DNA of 64,000 bases from Botryllus schlosseri (GCA_051294905.1 CM119371.1:4590001-4654000), one strand, 5' to 3'. Shown: positions 25,047-38,621, counted from the first letter of the stretch. Numbers and translations are program-made. Notes: a model not told the origin generated them from the sequence alone.

Positions 25047-25621
25047 CCAGAAACTGTTAAACTGAGGAAAATAACGATATTATGAGTGCGAGCATTCTAT
25101 ATCACTCGAGGAGAGTTGGAAAAAGTGAATTGAACCAGATTGGAATGATAACTGAACAGTGAACATAATGACTTGGACTCGAGTCAAAACAATGACCCAT
25201 ATTCCACTCTCTACTAGCGGGCTTGCACATGGACTAGACTCGGTGGTGAATTGGAAATACTCGGCTTGACTCGAGTCAAAACTATAAAAGTGAGATTGAC
25301 TTGTGACTCGGAACTTTATGACTTGATCACAACCCTGCTCTGAGCTAGCGAAGGCTGCAAAAAATCATGCAGCTGGACACCGGTATCATGACGACACGTT
25401 TTCTAGTTGTCGGCAACTACATTTTTTAAATGCACAACTTGAAGTAGAAACACTGCTATTCCAGATCTGCAACTGCAACTAGAACAACTTACTTTTATAT
25501 TACGCAACTAAAACCTGAACTCCTCAAAATGGCAGTGTTTTGTGGACCAATAATCAACTAGATTGGAAGGTCGTACAAATCTGTATACTTGTGTAATTGA
25601 ATATGAAATTGGTATTGACAG

Positions 25622-25814
25622 CTTGGAATCTATTCGCTGAACAACATGGAGTTGAGGGATGAAGATTTCGACGAGATTTCATCCTGGCAACCTAAGTAGA
25701 CTTTGTCAGCCAAACAAAAAACTTTTTGCCGCACCCAAACTATATTGCCCCGCAAGTTATCGGAAAGAGTGGACACAGTTTCGATGTGGAGACCTGGCCG
25801 CTGGGCTGTGTTTT
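25622..25814 (+). pseudogene. PLK1: PLK1-like exon E4 copy (DFG/activation loop), frameshifted
   Basis: ..NNMEL..ILAT*VDF..PNYIAPQVIGKSGHSFDVETWPLGCV|gtgagt. Confidence 0.85.
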
Positions 25815-26739
25815 GTGAGTATATAAGAACATTCATGTGGAAGTTTATTAAAAGAGAATCGCGAGGGACTTAGGGGTAGGTCTGGGAAAATTCGAGCACC
25901 GGAGTGATTTGAATCAAAATCCCGTAGATTTTTGAGACCTCTATTTGAGTATCACTCAATATGACGTCATAACAGTATGAATGATGTGGAAAGTACAGAT
26001 ACGTACATTTTACGCGACCACAAATAATATAATGCCAGATCTGTAATTCTGGATCACATTGAAGGTGATTTATATTTTTTGGACCGCATCTATTTCATCG
26101 CATCTTGTGGCAAACCTGTGTGATGATCACAACTTCACCGAAATGTCATTTCCATTAACTTGCGTAGATTTGTACTGCATGTTTTGTATGCTGTAATACG
26201 GCCAATTGACGTTTCAGGGCTGCCATAGTAGACAGTAGGTTTATTCAAAAATAACTTTTTTTTGGATTCCGGATATTCACTGAATAAATTGTCTGCACAC
26301 CAAATTTGGCTCAATTCCAACCAGCCGAAGCCGCGGCTGAGCCAATTGTAATTTTTAAATTTATTCAAAATAATAAAAATTGAGTTCCAAATTTTACACT
26401 TAACCCCATGGAATTGTTGAGTTGAGCTGTCAAGTTAAGAATGATGTTTGACAGTTTTTGCTCACACAGCCGGTAGAAGCGAAGTTATTGCAGTTGACAA
26501 TTATTTGAAAAGATTAATGGTGTATAATCCCTGAGTAGGGATGTTCTTGTAGCCGCATCCTGCCAATAAGCTGTGCGAATTCGATTTCTGCTGAGTATAG
26601 ATTATGTCTTTTTATGAGGTCATAAAACCTACTAATCCACCTTGTAACATATTATGCGTTAGCAAAGAAAATGAATTTTTCCAGTCCACGTCACATTTGC
26701 AGTGCTGTTATTCCAAGGCTGTATTTCTTTAATTGACAG

Positions 26740-26898
26740 GTGTTACCAACACAGAGTCATGGATGCACATATGTGACAAGTAAGCCGTGACCATCATATG
26801 CAGTAACGAATCATCGGACTTTCATGTGGCAAAATTGGAAGCTCAGCTCAAGAAATTGATGCATACCAATCCAACTGTGAAGTCTGCAACAATTCTGG
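26740..26898 (+). pseudogene. PLK1: PLK1-like exon E7 copy (interdomain linker)
   Basis: AG/GT bounded; SDFHVAKLEAQLKKLMHTNPT resembles PLK1 [20 protein letters not shown]; paralog at 46085. Confidence 0.7.
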
Positions 26899-27659
26899 GT
26901 AGGTATTTATGTAATCAGTAATTTATCTCATTTTAAATAGATTTCATACTTTTCATGACTGTCGTGTCAGCTGAAGAATCGAGCATTATTTTTCTTGACT
27001 CCAGTTGAATGGTGAGAAACGATCCGTTCCATCACGAAATCCTGCGCTCCTTATCATTCAGAGTTGAAAATGAAAATGAAAAATGAAAATGAAAATGATC
27101 GCTTCCATACTCATATCCACTGTGCGAAGCTGTAAACCTACATTGGTTGTATCGCAACATACTTAACATCTAGTACAAGTATGCACAAATACAAGTTGAA
27201 ATCACACAACTGTGAAGTCCTGATCAACCGACAGCATTGTCGAAAAGCGCAATGAAATAGGTGTGCTCAAAGGATCCAAATGGTCTTTAATGTGATGCAG
27301 GACCGGCATTATATTTCTTGTAGTAATGTGAAAAGTGATCTACATATTTTAACTTTCCACATCATCAACACTGGTATGACATCATAATAAGCACTACTCA
27401 AACACTAATACTTGATTCAATTTCAAATCACCCATATACTCGATTTTTGACAGCCCTACATATATCAAGTCAGATATCAAAGAGGCATCATGAAATGAAA
27501 TTTAGAATTAGGAAGGTTTATCGGTTCAAAATATTTGTTGTCAAATTTTACAGGGCCGCCAAGTCAAAAAGGTTGGGAACCCCTGATTTAGATGTTCCCA
27601 ACAAATAATTTTGTTGTTTTCATACTGTCAATCCAGTTACCTTTAATTTATGTTTTCAG

Positions 27660-27783
27660 TCGCTAATGGAAGTTTACAAAAAAGACGCGTCATCACAGAA
27701 GCAGAGACTCGTTATTGCATGCGACAGATTCTGATTAACGTTGTTATCTTCACGATTGTAAGATCATTCACAGAGGTATCAAG
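27660..27783 (+). pseudogene. PLK1: PLK1-like exon E3 copy, frameshifted, HRD changed to HRG
   Basis: SLMEVYK../[32 protein letters not shown]|gt. Confidence 0.9.
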
Positions 27784-28143
27784 GTTGTCTAATAAAACTA
27801 AATAGAGCGAGGCTGTAATCTAATTCTAACCTAATTTGTCAAATTTCTCTATGCTCTCAATATTCTAATTTCTGGTTTTCCTGAAATTGCTACAGGAGAA
27901 CTGTATCGTGTGAAACCACCGAAGCTCGGTGTACAGACACTTGTCATTCTTATGCTGATGAGAACGAACTCCGATTGGATATGAACTTGACTTCATTCGA
28001 TGTCCAAGGTTTTGTCAATTCAGTAATTCTAATCTAATTTTGAAAAATTTGTGTGGCTATCATTCTACACTGATTTGGAGAAAATCTATCTGGCTTTAAC
28101 TCAAATTCAAATCTAATTCATAAAAAACTGTGTAGCTGTCATT

Positions 28144-28339
28144 CAATGTTCCCTCTAAGCTGCGCACGTGCGCAAATTTGCAGTGATGAGACGGTCTCTA
28201 CGCACAGAAAATCTATGTTGTGCACAAAAAATTCGAAGTGATGACCTTTTGTTGTTAGTCGTTACGCAATATTGTCCAAGGGTCTGAGCAGTGGGTTTAT
28301 GAGTGTGCGCAGACTCGTCAAAATGTAGAGGGAGAATTG
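28144..28339. mobile_element. Short hAT MITE
   Basis: Termini CAATGTTCCCTCTA / TAGAGGGAGAATTG; TSD CTGTCATT / CTTTCATT. Confidence 0.8.
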
Positions 28340-28667
28340 CTTTCATTGTAATTTTCTGATTTGGAAAAGCTGTCTATCTATAATTCTAATTTAACTCTAG
28401 TATTAATAAAAAAAACTTATCAGCTGTGATTTCATTCGTAATCAAATTTGGAAAAGCTGAAAATTTTCTAGTTGATCAATTCTACAAATAGGTTTATCCT
28501 TATACTTGAATCTCTTCCTATCGAACTACGGGAATACTTTACTATTTCAAATCCAAATCTTGATTGATATTATGGTTTTAAATCCACAAATCTTGATTCC
28601 CAAACAATCTCATAAAAATATGAGTTACTAGCTGTGATTTTGTTACTATTTTTGAATTTTTCACTAG

Positions 28668-28833
28668 AATATTGGCATGCGACCCCTCTCAAGGACTCTC
28701 TTTAAGAAAGTGCAGGTGAGCGAGTATTTAAACGGCTATATTTCACAGAAACTGCCCACAACCTGCTTGACCATGGCGCCCAGGTTCTCGGAAAGCCAAG
28801 TGCAGCGAAGGCAAATTGTACAGAGTTTGAACA
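28668..28833 (+). pseudogene. PLK1: PLK1-like exon E6 copy
   Basis: ILACDPSQ../KKVQVSEYLNGYISQKLPTTCLTMAPRFSESQVQRRQIVQSLN|gtgaga. Confidence 0.9.
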
Positions 28834-30231
28834 GTGAGACATTTTGTAGCTCTCAGCAAATTAGAATTCCTGTTTGATTCGATTCTGAACCGATTATTAT
28901 ATTTCTAGTCCCGTACTCGAAGCTCATTCATGATAGCTAAAGCCCGACCAAAATCACATTTTTTAGCCAATATCGATAAGCAGCACTTTCGCCGATAACC
29001 CCGATATATTCGGCCTATATTAAAACAATATGGCAACTAGCGTATGGCACATTTCCAAACCTTCCGAGCATTGATTTGAACAACTTTAGGGACATTGCTA
29101 GACTTGGACATGAAATATACTAGAAAGGATGCATCTGTACCTCCTATGTAACAGTCCAGTTTTTCCGCAAAACCAGGTCTAACACACTTGCCGTATTACC
29201 GTACCTACTTTGAAATCGCTACTTCTGCGTATGCTCGAGTAGACATTTACAATGTTACTTCTACTTCAATGCTCGAGTACCAATGTGACCACTTGTAACT
29301 TAAGAGAAATAGATGAATATTCCCAATGTAGCAATCGCAAATGATACTTTTCCCTGAGTGCTACCATGTCGTGACGTCGCAAAATTTGCCGATATATATA
29401 TATTAAAATAAACCACCTACTGACATTGATGAAGTGGTAATATCTTCTGACTGTACAATTCATCTCTAGTCCTAGTTCTAAACACATTCCATAGGGCAGC
29501 ATATGGAACTGCTGGAGTAGAATAACCATTTTGATCAGTTTTAGTACCTCAATTCTTCTCAAGTCCGAGTGAAAGCGTAGTAAACATCCCTAATTAACTA
29601 ACTAATAGGCCCAACTGATTATACGAAATACTGAATTTTATATGAGCTAATGAATGTTCGAGATAGAATTAGCATTTCAATATGACATGTTTTCGAGTTT
29701 AAAATCAGAGGGTTTCGATTATAAAACCACCCCGATGCTGCTTCTTTCTTAGTAGTGATGACTCTAAGCTGGCTGCAAGAACAACGCTATCATGATTCAC
29801 ACCAAATGAAGACACATGTTTTCTCGTTGATCGGCAACTAAAGTTCTTTTAAATGAATGACTGGGATTGCACTCTTAGTGGTTGCATCAAAGGTCCTTAT
29901 TTGAACTTTATACATCATTCACGCTGTTCTCATGACACAATGAGTTTTACTGATATACTCGATGTGACTCAAAGGCTAATACTCGGTTCAGTTTTAAATC
30001 AGTCTGGTATTCCGTTTTGCACGGCCCTACGTATAACAAGTCAAATATCAAAATGGCAGCGTGATATGAAACTTCTAACTTAGAACGTTCACCGATCTGC
30101 AAAATTTGTTGTTGAATTTTCACCTGCGCTCGAACTCAAAACGGTTGAGAACCACTGATTTATATGTACCCAACAAACACTGCTATTGATTTCATTCTAT
30201 CAAACCGATTAGCTTTGATTTTCATTGACAG

Positions 30232-30357
30232 TGGCCGATGGATCTTGACAAAAAAAGACGCTTCATCACAGAAGCAGAGACACGTTATTACATGCAGCGG
30301 ATTCTGCTCGGAATCGTTGACCTTCACGATTGTAAGATTATTCACAGAGATATCAAG
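30232..30357 (+). pseudogene. PLK1: PLK1-like exon E3 copy
   Basis: cag|[42 protein letters not shown]|gtaac. Confidence 0.9.
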
Positions 30358-31142
30358 GTAACATTGTTTGCGGTGGTTCCAAACAGTGCAAACTGCTGGA
30401 TTTTTAGTATGTGCAACTACAACAAGGACTACTCAGTTTTCTAAACTCGTAACCAAAACTAGAACCAACGACCGTTGAAAATCCCAACTAACTAGCTAAA
30501 ATATAGCCAAGTAATACCAGATAAATTAATTTTTGAATCGCAAATGAGCTAAAAACTATAGGAGATAGAATCGGCATTTTAAACTGACTTGCCTCCAAAA
30601 ATTGAGTAACTGGACTCTATTCAAAAGATCCTCTACTGGGATATCAAGGTAGCGTTGCTTACAGCAGTACATTGTACTAGGTCAGAGGTGGTCATGGTCC
30701 GTAAAAATGGACTTCTGGTTTATCGTAGCGATCAGGCTTGGACAACTAGATCATTATTGAGTAGTCTAATTTTGGTTTTCCTGAAATTGCTACAGGAAAA
30801 CTTTATAGCGTGAAACGTGCCAAGCTCAATGTACAGACATTTGCATTGTTGTGCTTATGAGATTCAATTCCAATTTGATATAGACTGAACTTCATTCGAT
30901 GTCCAAGGTTTCTCGAATTCAGTAATTTTTAGTCTAATTTGAAGAAATTCTAATTCAAATCTAATTCGTGAAAATCTGTGTAGCTGTCAGTTTAATTTTA
31001 ATGTAATTTGGAAATGACTGTGTAGCTATAATTCCAATTCTACTCTAATATACAAAAAAACTTTGTAGGTGTAATTATGTAATTCTAAGTCTAATCTAAT
31101 TCGACAGAGCTAAAAATTTTCTATGTGTGATTTTCTCACTAG

Positions 31143-31309
31143 AATGTCGGCGAGCGACCCGTCTCAACGATTCTCTGTAAAGGAAGTGCTGGCCAGCGAG
31201 GTCTTCAACAGCTGAATTCCTCAGAAACTGCCCACAACCTGCTTGATCATGGATCCCAGGTTCTCGGAAAGCCAACTGCAGCAAAGGCGTCCTCTGCAGA
31301 GTTTGAACA
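31143..31309 (+). pseudogene. PLK1: PLK1-like exon E6 copy
   Basis: MSASDPSQRFSVKEVLASEVFNS*IPQKLPTTCLIMDPRFSESQLQQRRPLQSLN|gtgaga. Confidence 0.9.
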
Positions 31310-31773
31310 GTGAGAATTTTGAAGGGCTCGGCAAAACCGAGTTCATATGTGAATCCATTCTGAACCGAGTATTGCGATTCTAGTTTCGCACTCGAGTCTC
31401 ATTCATGATAAGTAGGGATATTGTATTTATGAGCCAATTCCGATAAGTAGTACCTTCACCGATAACTTTGGTACCTATATTTGACCGATATTGAAATACT
31501 GTAACAACCAGCTTCAGGCACATTTCCAAATCTTCGGTGCATTGATTTATACAACTTTGCAGCCGTTGTTCTACTCGGTAGTGAACTAAACTAGAAAGGC
31601 TGCATCTCGACACGTGAAAGCAGAGGTGCTCAGTAACAAAACAGGATTTGCCGTATACTTGCACTAATTACACAAGTCAGTCAAGTAAGTGGTTGTGGTG
31701 CACAAATAGAACTAGAACTATTCACTTTTCGAAATCCGCAACTGAAACTGGTATCCGGGTATCTGAATTCCAG

Positions 31774-31905
31774 GCATTTCTCGCGAATGATCACCAGAAA
31801 GACGAAATTTGTCAAGAGATCATCTCCATCACAGTTTGAATCACAAGCACGTCGTTGGATTTCGCGAAATTTGTCTACGTCGTTCTCGCGTTGTGCAAAA
31901 GAAGG
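31774..31905 (+). pseudogene. PLK1: PLK1-like exon E2 copy
   Basis: AFLANDHQKDEICQEI/LHHSLNHKHVVGFR/FVYVVLALCKRR|gtaaaa; frameshift and internal deletion. Confidence 0.9.
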
Positions 31906-32917
31906 GTAAAAGCATTTCCTCGTTACAACTGTAATGTCTCTCAAACTGTGCCGGTCACGAATGCATCAGCTCTGTAAAGTTTAATACGAACAGTAACAGA
32001 CCTTGGATAACCAATTAATATCAAGTGAACTGATTTTTGGAGTATTTCTTCTGCGAATTCAGTAATTCTAGTCTAATTTGTAAATAAATGATGTATCTGT
32101 GATTCTAATTTCAAGTATATTTGGAAAAAGATGGTTCCTATATTTCTAATCTAACTTTGAAAAAAAAAAGTGTAGTGTATGATTTTAATTCAAAACTAGT
32201 TTTGAAAAGCTGTAAATTTTCTAGGTAAACAACTATATGATCGTTGTCTAATGATTCGAGTCGAGGAGTGAGTTAATATTGTTTTGTGTCATGAAATTAT
32301 ATGGTCTTTGCCACAAAAGTCGAAATGATGAACAATAAACTAAGAGTCAATTCACCAATGAGAATTAGGGTTTCGAATGTATTTTCTCATTGTGGAAGAC
32401 TGTAAACTTGGATTGGTCGTATCGCAATAAATGTAACATGTAGTAGAAAGCTACACATATTACTGGAAAGACATGTCTGTGAAGTCGTGATCAACCCACA
32501 GCATTGTTGCAGAGTGCAATGAAATCGGTACCGTACCGGTATGGTTAAAATATATAAATTATCTTTATTGCGATGTAAAACTGACATGATCTTGCTTGTG
32601 GTCGCATAAAAAGTACATTTTTGAAATTTCCACATCTTCCATACTGCTGTGGCGTGATAATAAGTGATAATCGGCTCAAAGGCTAATACTTGTTTCAGAA
32701 TCGAATCACTATGCTACTCGATTTCATGTCTAATATCAAAAAAGCAACACAAAATGAAGTTTTTAATTTGAAAAGTCCTCCAGTCTGCCAAATTTGTTGT
32801 CGAATCGTTTGTTGCCTAGTAGCTCAAACAAGTGGAAACTATGGTTTTAGATGTTCCAACAAATAACATTGTTGCTTTCATTCAATCAATTCCATGACTT
32901 TTGATTTTTGTTGTCAG

Positions 32918-33040
32918 TGTCTGATGGAAGTTCACAAAAGAAGGCGCGCCATCACAGAACCAGAGACTCGTTATATGTATCAGATTCTGCCTGGAGTCGT
33001 TTATCTTCATGATTGTAAGATCATTCACAGAGATATCAAG
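32918..33040 (+). pseudogene. PLK1: PLK1-like exon E3 copy
   Basis: cag|[41 protein letters not shown]|gtgact. Confidence 0.9.
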
Positions 33041-34844
33041 GTGACTTTGGTTGTAGTGGCACTAGACTTCTGGATATTCATTGTGTAACTAAAACTAGTA
33101 CTCAGTTTTCAATACTCGGAACTAGAACTACTAAATTTTCTACATTCAGAACTACAACTAGACCTATTCACTTTTCCAAAGTTGCAACTAGTTTTTGAAC
33201 TACTGACTTTGATACAACTAGGACTAACGACTGTTAAATATCTGCACATAATTTCACTAAAAATATGGCCGACTAATAATAATAGATAATGAGAATCACA
33301 AACGGGCTAAAAATATCAGAGATAGCATCGACATTTCCAAAGAACAGCATTTTTAGTTCAAAATGGGAGGAATTTTGACCATGAGTCCTGCCCCTAGGAT
33401 AATGTTAGTGATGATGACCTAGCAATATCTGCAAGAACATCCCAGCAAACACAAAACCGTAAAAGGATCATCCGGGATCATCTCGATTAGGTTCTGATTT
33501 TCTAAGTGTCGAGGGAATGTCTAAAATACGTAGTAGGATGGTCTTGTGGTTATATTCAATCAGAATAAATTCATACTCGGTGTTGTTCCATCTCATGCAT
33601 TAGGCTTCGTTATATCCGGTAGTTAACCTAATAATGCAAATTTTCTATCTCTCGCGGGTACGACTAAAATACGTAGAAAGGATGACTTTGTCGGTACATT
33701 CAATCACGATGAATTCTATCCGGTTTTGTTCGATCTCATGCGGTAGCTTCGTTCTATCCATTAGAAAACAATGTTCTCCCTTCGTTTTATTGCGTGAGGA
33801 TGTCACCGGTGTTGTATATTCGTGTTGTTGCTCTAAGGTCGAATAGTTTTGTTTTCCTCTGATATATATGATCTTCATTATATATATATTCGCTCTTTCG
33901 GTAATCTCGCATGTTCAACGAGTATGGTTAATAGTTTTATTCAGAGAATAACTAAATAAGTGATATGTTGTACGTTTAGGAATATGATTATCGATGCGTG
34001 ACTTCTAGAATATTTCGCCGATTCAAATTTTACGCCATCGCGCCATACAAAGATTTGACGCGCAACAGGTCGCACCCAGGCATAGTTCGCTCTTTCTGTA
34101 TGGTAAATGCCGTAAATATATAGGAATTGTGACTGACTGAGGTAGCGGGTTAAAGGTATATATGCAGTAGCATATAGCTTATGGGGTATTTCGAATTGCC
34201 TGTAGTATATGACGCCTAGAGCTGTTTGACTTTCTGCAAAACAGGTGTAGACAACTATAGAAAAGTTTCAGCTTTTCCAGGTTAGAATTAGAGCTAAACC
34301 GTTTTTCCGAATTAGATTATAATTATATTGCTGGCATTTCGCTCTAATTTAGTGAAATTAGACCACTATAATTCGCTTCAAACATCTGAATTACCGGTAC
34401 CGATACCTACGGTATATCATAATATTTATGCTTGAATTTTCTAGGTATATAAGTCATATAGATACATTCCTGTAGAACACTGATTCATGATTTTATAAAA
34501 GTTGGTGCAAGAATGGACATTTTCAACTTGATGTTGATTAATGGAGCAAAATTTGATATTTGAGTGCAATTATACCTCGAATCCAGTGACAAGATTATTA
34601 ATCGTTGAAACCAAACGCAGCTTGATTATGTTGGCCCAGAGAATTTAGCTAGCCAGACTATATTGATGGAATATGGTCACAGTAAGATAATATTTTGGGC
34701 TATTTTACATGAACTTTCCAACATTTGATTTGATATGTCCACTAAAACAGTTGTTATTCTGCTTTCGAATAAGACCTTAATTGCTGGTTTCAATGGTAAC
34801 TGTGTTTGTCAAAGGCTGCAAAGGTAATTTCTTTTCCATGTTAG

Positions 34845-35985
34845 GTGTTTATTTGTTTGTTTGTGGTGTTCATGGTGGTGGTTCGACTACACTGGTCATT
34901 TTACACCAGGCCGGATCTTATTATTATTATTCCGTATCTGCCCGATTACCAGTGAACTCGGCACTTAGTGAATTCGGCCGCACAAACTCGGCACTTGGTG
35001 AATTCGGCCGTGGTAGATCTCATAGCGGTACCGGTCACCATGATTGGTTACTGGAATGTTTGCCGGTGAACTTGGCACTTTGAGTGGTTGTCAATGTTGT
35101 ACGGGGGTCAGGGCATGCGTAGATCACACAGTCACGGCGTGATTAGATCACAGACTGCGTAATTGCGGGAAATAACGCGACGCTCTTTACTTGGTGAACT
35201 CGGCCCTTGGAGGAATTGGCACTAGAACACCTTCGCATTAGAAATGCATTTAGTATGAATGACCAGTATCAAAAAGGAAATTTAAACGTGTCGTGGCTCG
35301 TGGTAAATCTCGTAATCTTGGGATCCTTCAACCGTGTCATCGAGACACCCTAATCCCAGAGTGGAATCGTCTCTCCAAAGGCAAAAAATAATTTATTTTG
35401 ACTTGATCATGCGAAACATTTGTTGATGAGGAACACTGGCTTGTCGTGATCGATAAACGAAGAAGCGCCGCTTGATGTTCCACAGTTTTGATCTCACATA
35501 CAACGCCAAGATCCATCTTCTCAAAACTTACACGACACAGGCCCGTGACTCACGCCATCGATTCCAAGCAGACCGCGCGTGGTCGGTATATGAGCGCTGT
35601 GTTATTTCCCGTGGCTACGCAATCCGTGATCTAATCACGCCGTGACTGCGCGATCTACGGATGCCCTGACCTCCTTACAAGATTGACGAATCACTTGATA
35701 ATACTATTATTAGTTTGATAATTCATATTAATAGCTGTAAATACACTTCATTTCAAAATTTCCCGAGGGCCGAATTCACCAAGTGCCGAGTTTGTGCGGC
35801 CGAATTCACCAAGTGCCGGGTGCATCGGCAACCATCTGCCCATCGGCTATGCGAATCAGATGGCGAGGAGGAGCCTAGATAAACGGCCAACACTTCGGTA
35901 GGAATTATGGAGTCGACGTGTCACGCTCGAACCCGCAATTCATTGGTGTTTAGCTATAATGGAACGTACCACTACGTTTCCTCGC
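34845..35985 (-). mobile_element. SINE family A copy, interrupted by the 34944-35833 element
   Basis: (TTTG)n tail and body similar to 6973-7252 in reverse; CTCGAACCC B-box relic near 35927. Confidence 0.75.
34944..35833. mobile_element. MULE/MuDR-like non-autonomous element
   Basis: Inverted termini with tandem AACTCGGCACTTGGTGAATTCGGCC subrepeats, 8-bp TSD ATCTGCCC, second internal inverted repeat (about 35105-35185 vs 35590-35672); weak WRC (FLYWCH-like) relic on - strand. Confidence 0.7.
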
Positions 35986-36948
35986 CATACCTTGTAAAAT
36001 GAGACCGTAGCATTTGGCATTTCGTGTGGCAATTGACTTTTGTGTGGAAAATTGTGTTCGTTTTAGAACTTATCCGAAACTTTTATTCCGCCATAGATTG
36101 TATATGATAAAACGATATCGGAATTGATCCTAGAAGAATTCCAAAGCAACTCACCACAAAGGAGGATTTAAAGAAGTTTGATGGAAAATTGAATGAAAGC
36201 AAAAGCCTTTGCAAGAGATGTGGTATGTTGAATCTGTTTTGGTATTTTTAAATAGGCCTACTTTGTTGTGCCGATAGCAGACGGTATATATAAACGTAAG
36301 ATGTGGAAGCTATCAAGGTGTTTTTAGAAATTCAGTCAGTCAAAGTGGACGATCGTATTGCTTGGATTATATTTAGGCTTATTTTAGCATCTTTGAGATG
36401 CAACTCTAAACGTGGACGGTCATGAACAGTAGGGCTCTTCAAAAATGACTTTTTTTCTCAAATCGTACTGGCTACTTGATAAAATTGTTAGGTTACCTAA
36501 TTTAAGCCTACAAACAAAATATGGTTCAAATCCAGCCAGTATCCGCTTTGCTACAAGAGAAGAAAGTTCCTATTTATTATATAAAAATGAATAGTAAAAA
36601 ATTTGAAGATTTTCTGTTAACCCCATGGAAGTGTTAGGCTGTCTATAGAAACGATGCTCACCAAATTTGGTTCAATTCCAACCAGTGGAAGCGGAGTTAT
36701 TGCTGTCGAAAAATTTGGATTTTAATAAAATAGTACTTACGGTGAGCACAACTTTAATAAGTAAACAAAGAATCGGTCACCGTAAATACTATTTTATTCA
36801 AATCCAAATTTTTCGACGGCAATATCTCCGCTTCCACTGGTTGGAATTGAACCAAATTTGGTGAGCATCGTTTCTATAGACAGCCTAACACTTTCATGGG
36901 GTGAACAGAAAATTTTCAAATTTTTATTACCTATTTATTTTTATATAA

Positions 36949-38424
36949 GATAATGTACCTCTTCGCCCCATATTGTCTATGTGTGGATCGGCACAACATA
37001 ATTTAGCCAAATGGCTTAACACCGTCATTGAGCCAGTTCGATCCTTGTATACGCACCACTGTGTTCGCGACTCGTTCACGTTTGTAGACGAATTGAAACG
37101 CGCCAAATTAAATCCGTCCAATGTATTTCTTGGCTCATTTGATGTGAAAAGTCTTTTTACCAACGTACCATTGTCGGAAACTTTCGAAATCTGCGCAGAC
37201 GCACTTTATGATGGCACGCTTGAACCTCCGAAACTACCGCGTGAAATATTTCTTGAATTGTTGCAAACTGCTACTAGTAGCGTTGAATTCAGCTTCAATG
37301 ACACGATGTTCCGCCAATGCAATGGCATTGCGATGGGTTCACCGTTGGGACCTAGTTTGGCCGATATATTCGTGGGATACCATGAAAAGAAATTGTTTGA
37401 AAACGTCGCAAAACCTCTCCTCTATTTTAGATATGTCGATGACACCCTTGTTGCCTTTAAAAATGAGCGAGAGTGTGATAATTTCTTTGAAAAATTGAAC
37501 TTTCTCCATCCAGCTCTACAATTTACCGTGGAAAAGGAAACTGATGCTGCCCTTCCCTTTTTAGACGTCTTAGTAGAGAGATCAGGACAAACGTTTCTAA
37601 CGTCGGTGTACAGAAAACCTACCTTCACTGGTCATTATATCCGTTGGGATTCATTCTGCCCGAAGCGGCGTAAACTAAACCTTATTTCATCTCTTGTCAA
37701 TCGGGCCTTGCGCATTTGTTCACCGGAAAAACTGTCACGTGAATTGGATGATATCCACTTGATTCTGTCCAAAAATGGCTATCCAGACCAGATATTAAAA
37801 TGCTCCATCTCCAGGGTTTTGAAAAAATCGGATATAGCTCCCGAATACGGACCAGAAAAATGCCCGGCATTTTTACACTTATCTTGGCTAGGTAACGTGT
37901 CCAACCGTTTTGAAAAACTCATTAAGTCGGCTGTTCACCGTTGTTATTACAGCGTAAACACGCATGTGGTGTACACAACGAAACCCATGTTGCCCAACTC
38001 TCGAAAAGATGTACTTCCTGCCTTTAATGCAAGTAATGTTGTTTACCAATACAAGTGCCACTGTGATAGTAGGTATGTAGGACGTACATCTCAAAGATTG
38101 TTTGAGCGTATCAAGCAGCATATCCCAAAATTGATTCGGTCAAAAACATGCGCAAATACTCGCACGGAGCTCACACGCCAGTGCAAATTGGCTGCCAAAA
38201 CAGACTGCTATGACGATTACCAAGCATATGCTTCGTCAATCGGTCAGCATTTGAGTGAAAACCTCGCCTGTGCACAGCACTATGATGACAATATGTTCAC
38301 TGTCATTGCGCGTGGTAGGTCTTCGTTTCATCTAAAAGTGCTGGAGTCTACTATTTTTCAGTTGAACAAACCTATTTTATGCAGACAAAAAGATTTTCTC
38401 TATAACCTACAAATTTCCCATTAG
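36949..38424 (+). CDS. Penelope-like reverse transcriptase + GIY-YIG endonuclease (N-terminally truncated, uninterrupted)
   Basis: VPLRPI, SFDVKSLFTNVP, GIAMGSPLGP, RYVDDT, LPFLDV, VYRKPT, then NVVYQYKCHCDSRYVGRTSQRLFERIKQH and SSIGQH. Confidence 0.93.
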   Translation, partial: DNVPLRPILSMCGSAQHNLAKWLNTVIEPVRSLYTHHCVRDSFTFVDELKRAKLNPSNVFLGSFDVKSLFTNVPLSETFEICADALYDGTLEPPKLPREIFLELLQTATSSVEFSFNDTMFRQCNGIAMGSPLGPSLADIFVGYHEKKLFENVAKPLLYFRYVDDTLVAFKNERECDNFFEKLNFLHPALQFTVEKETDAALPFLDVLVERSGQTFLTSVYRKPTFTGHYIRWDSFCPKRRKLNLISSLVNRALRICSPEKLSRELDDIHLILSKNGYPDQILKCSISRVLKKSDIAPEYGPEKCPAFLHLSWLGNVSNRFEKLIKSAVHRCYYSVNTHVVYTTKPMLPNSRKDVLPAFNASNVVYQYKCHCDSRYVGRTSQRLFERIKQHIPKLIRSKTCANTRTELTRQCKLAAKTDCYDDYQAYASSIGQHLSENLACAQHYDDNMFTVIARGRSSFHLKVLESTIFQLNKPILCRQKDFLYNLQISH

Positions 38425-38621
38425 TTCACTTGTTTCGTGTGTGTAACTGTTTATTTACGAATTGCGTTGCTACTATAGTACCGTATGTCCGTATACTTCA
38501 TAGTTTGTTATTGTTGCCATTGGTACAATGCGAATTTCATGGTTTGTGATTTTGATTGTTGCGTCATACTTTGCCTTTTTGGTTTTGCTTTTAAATCTGT
38601 TCAAATCCCTTTAGTGTGCCG

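Larger units (their letters stand above)
20198..25337. mobile_element. hAT MITE (CAGGGTTGTAA family, GACTCGAGTC repeats) split by nested elements
   Basis: Termini CTGGGTTGTAA / TCACAACCCTG, perfect TSD CTCTGAGC; uninterrupted relatives at 47918-48381 and 48823-49195. Confidence 0.9.
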
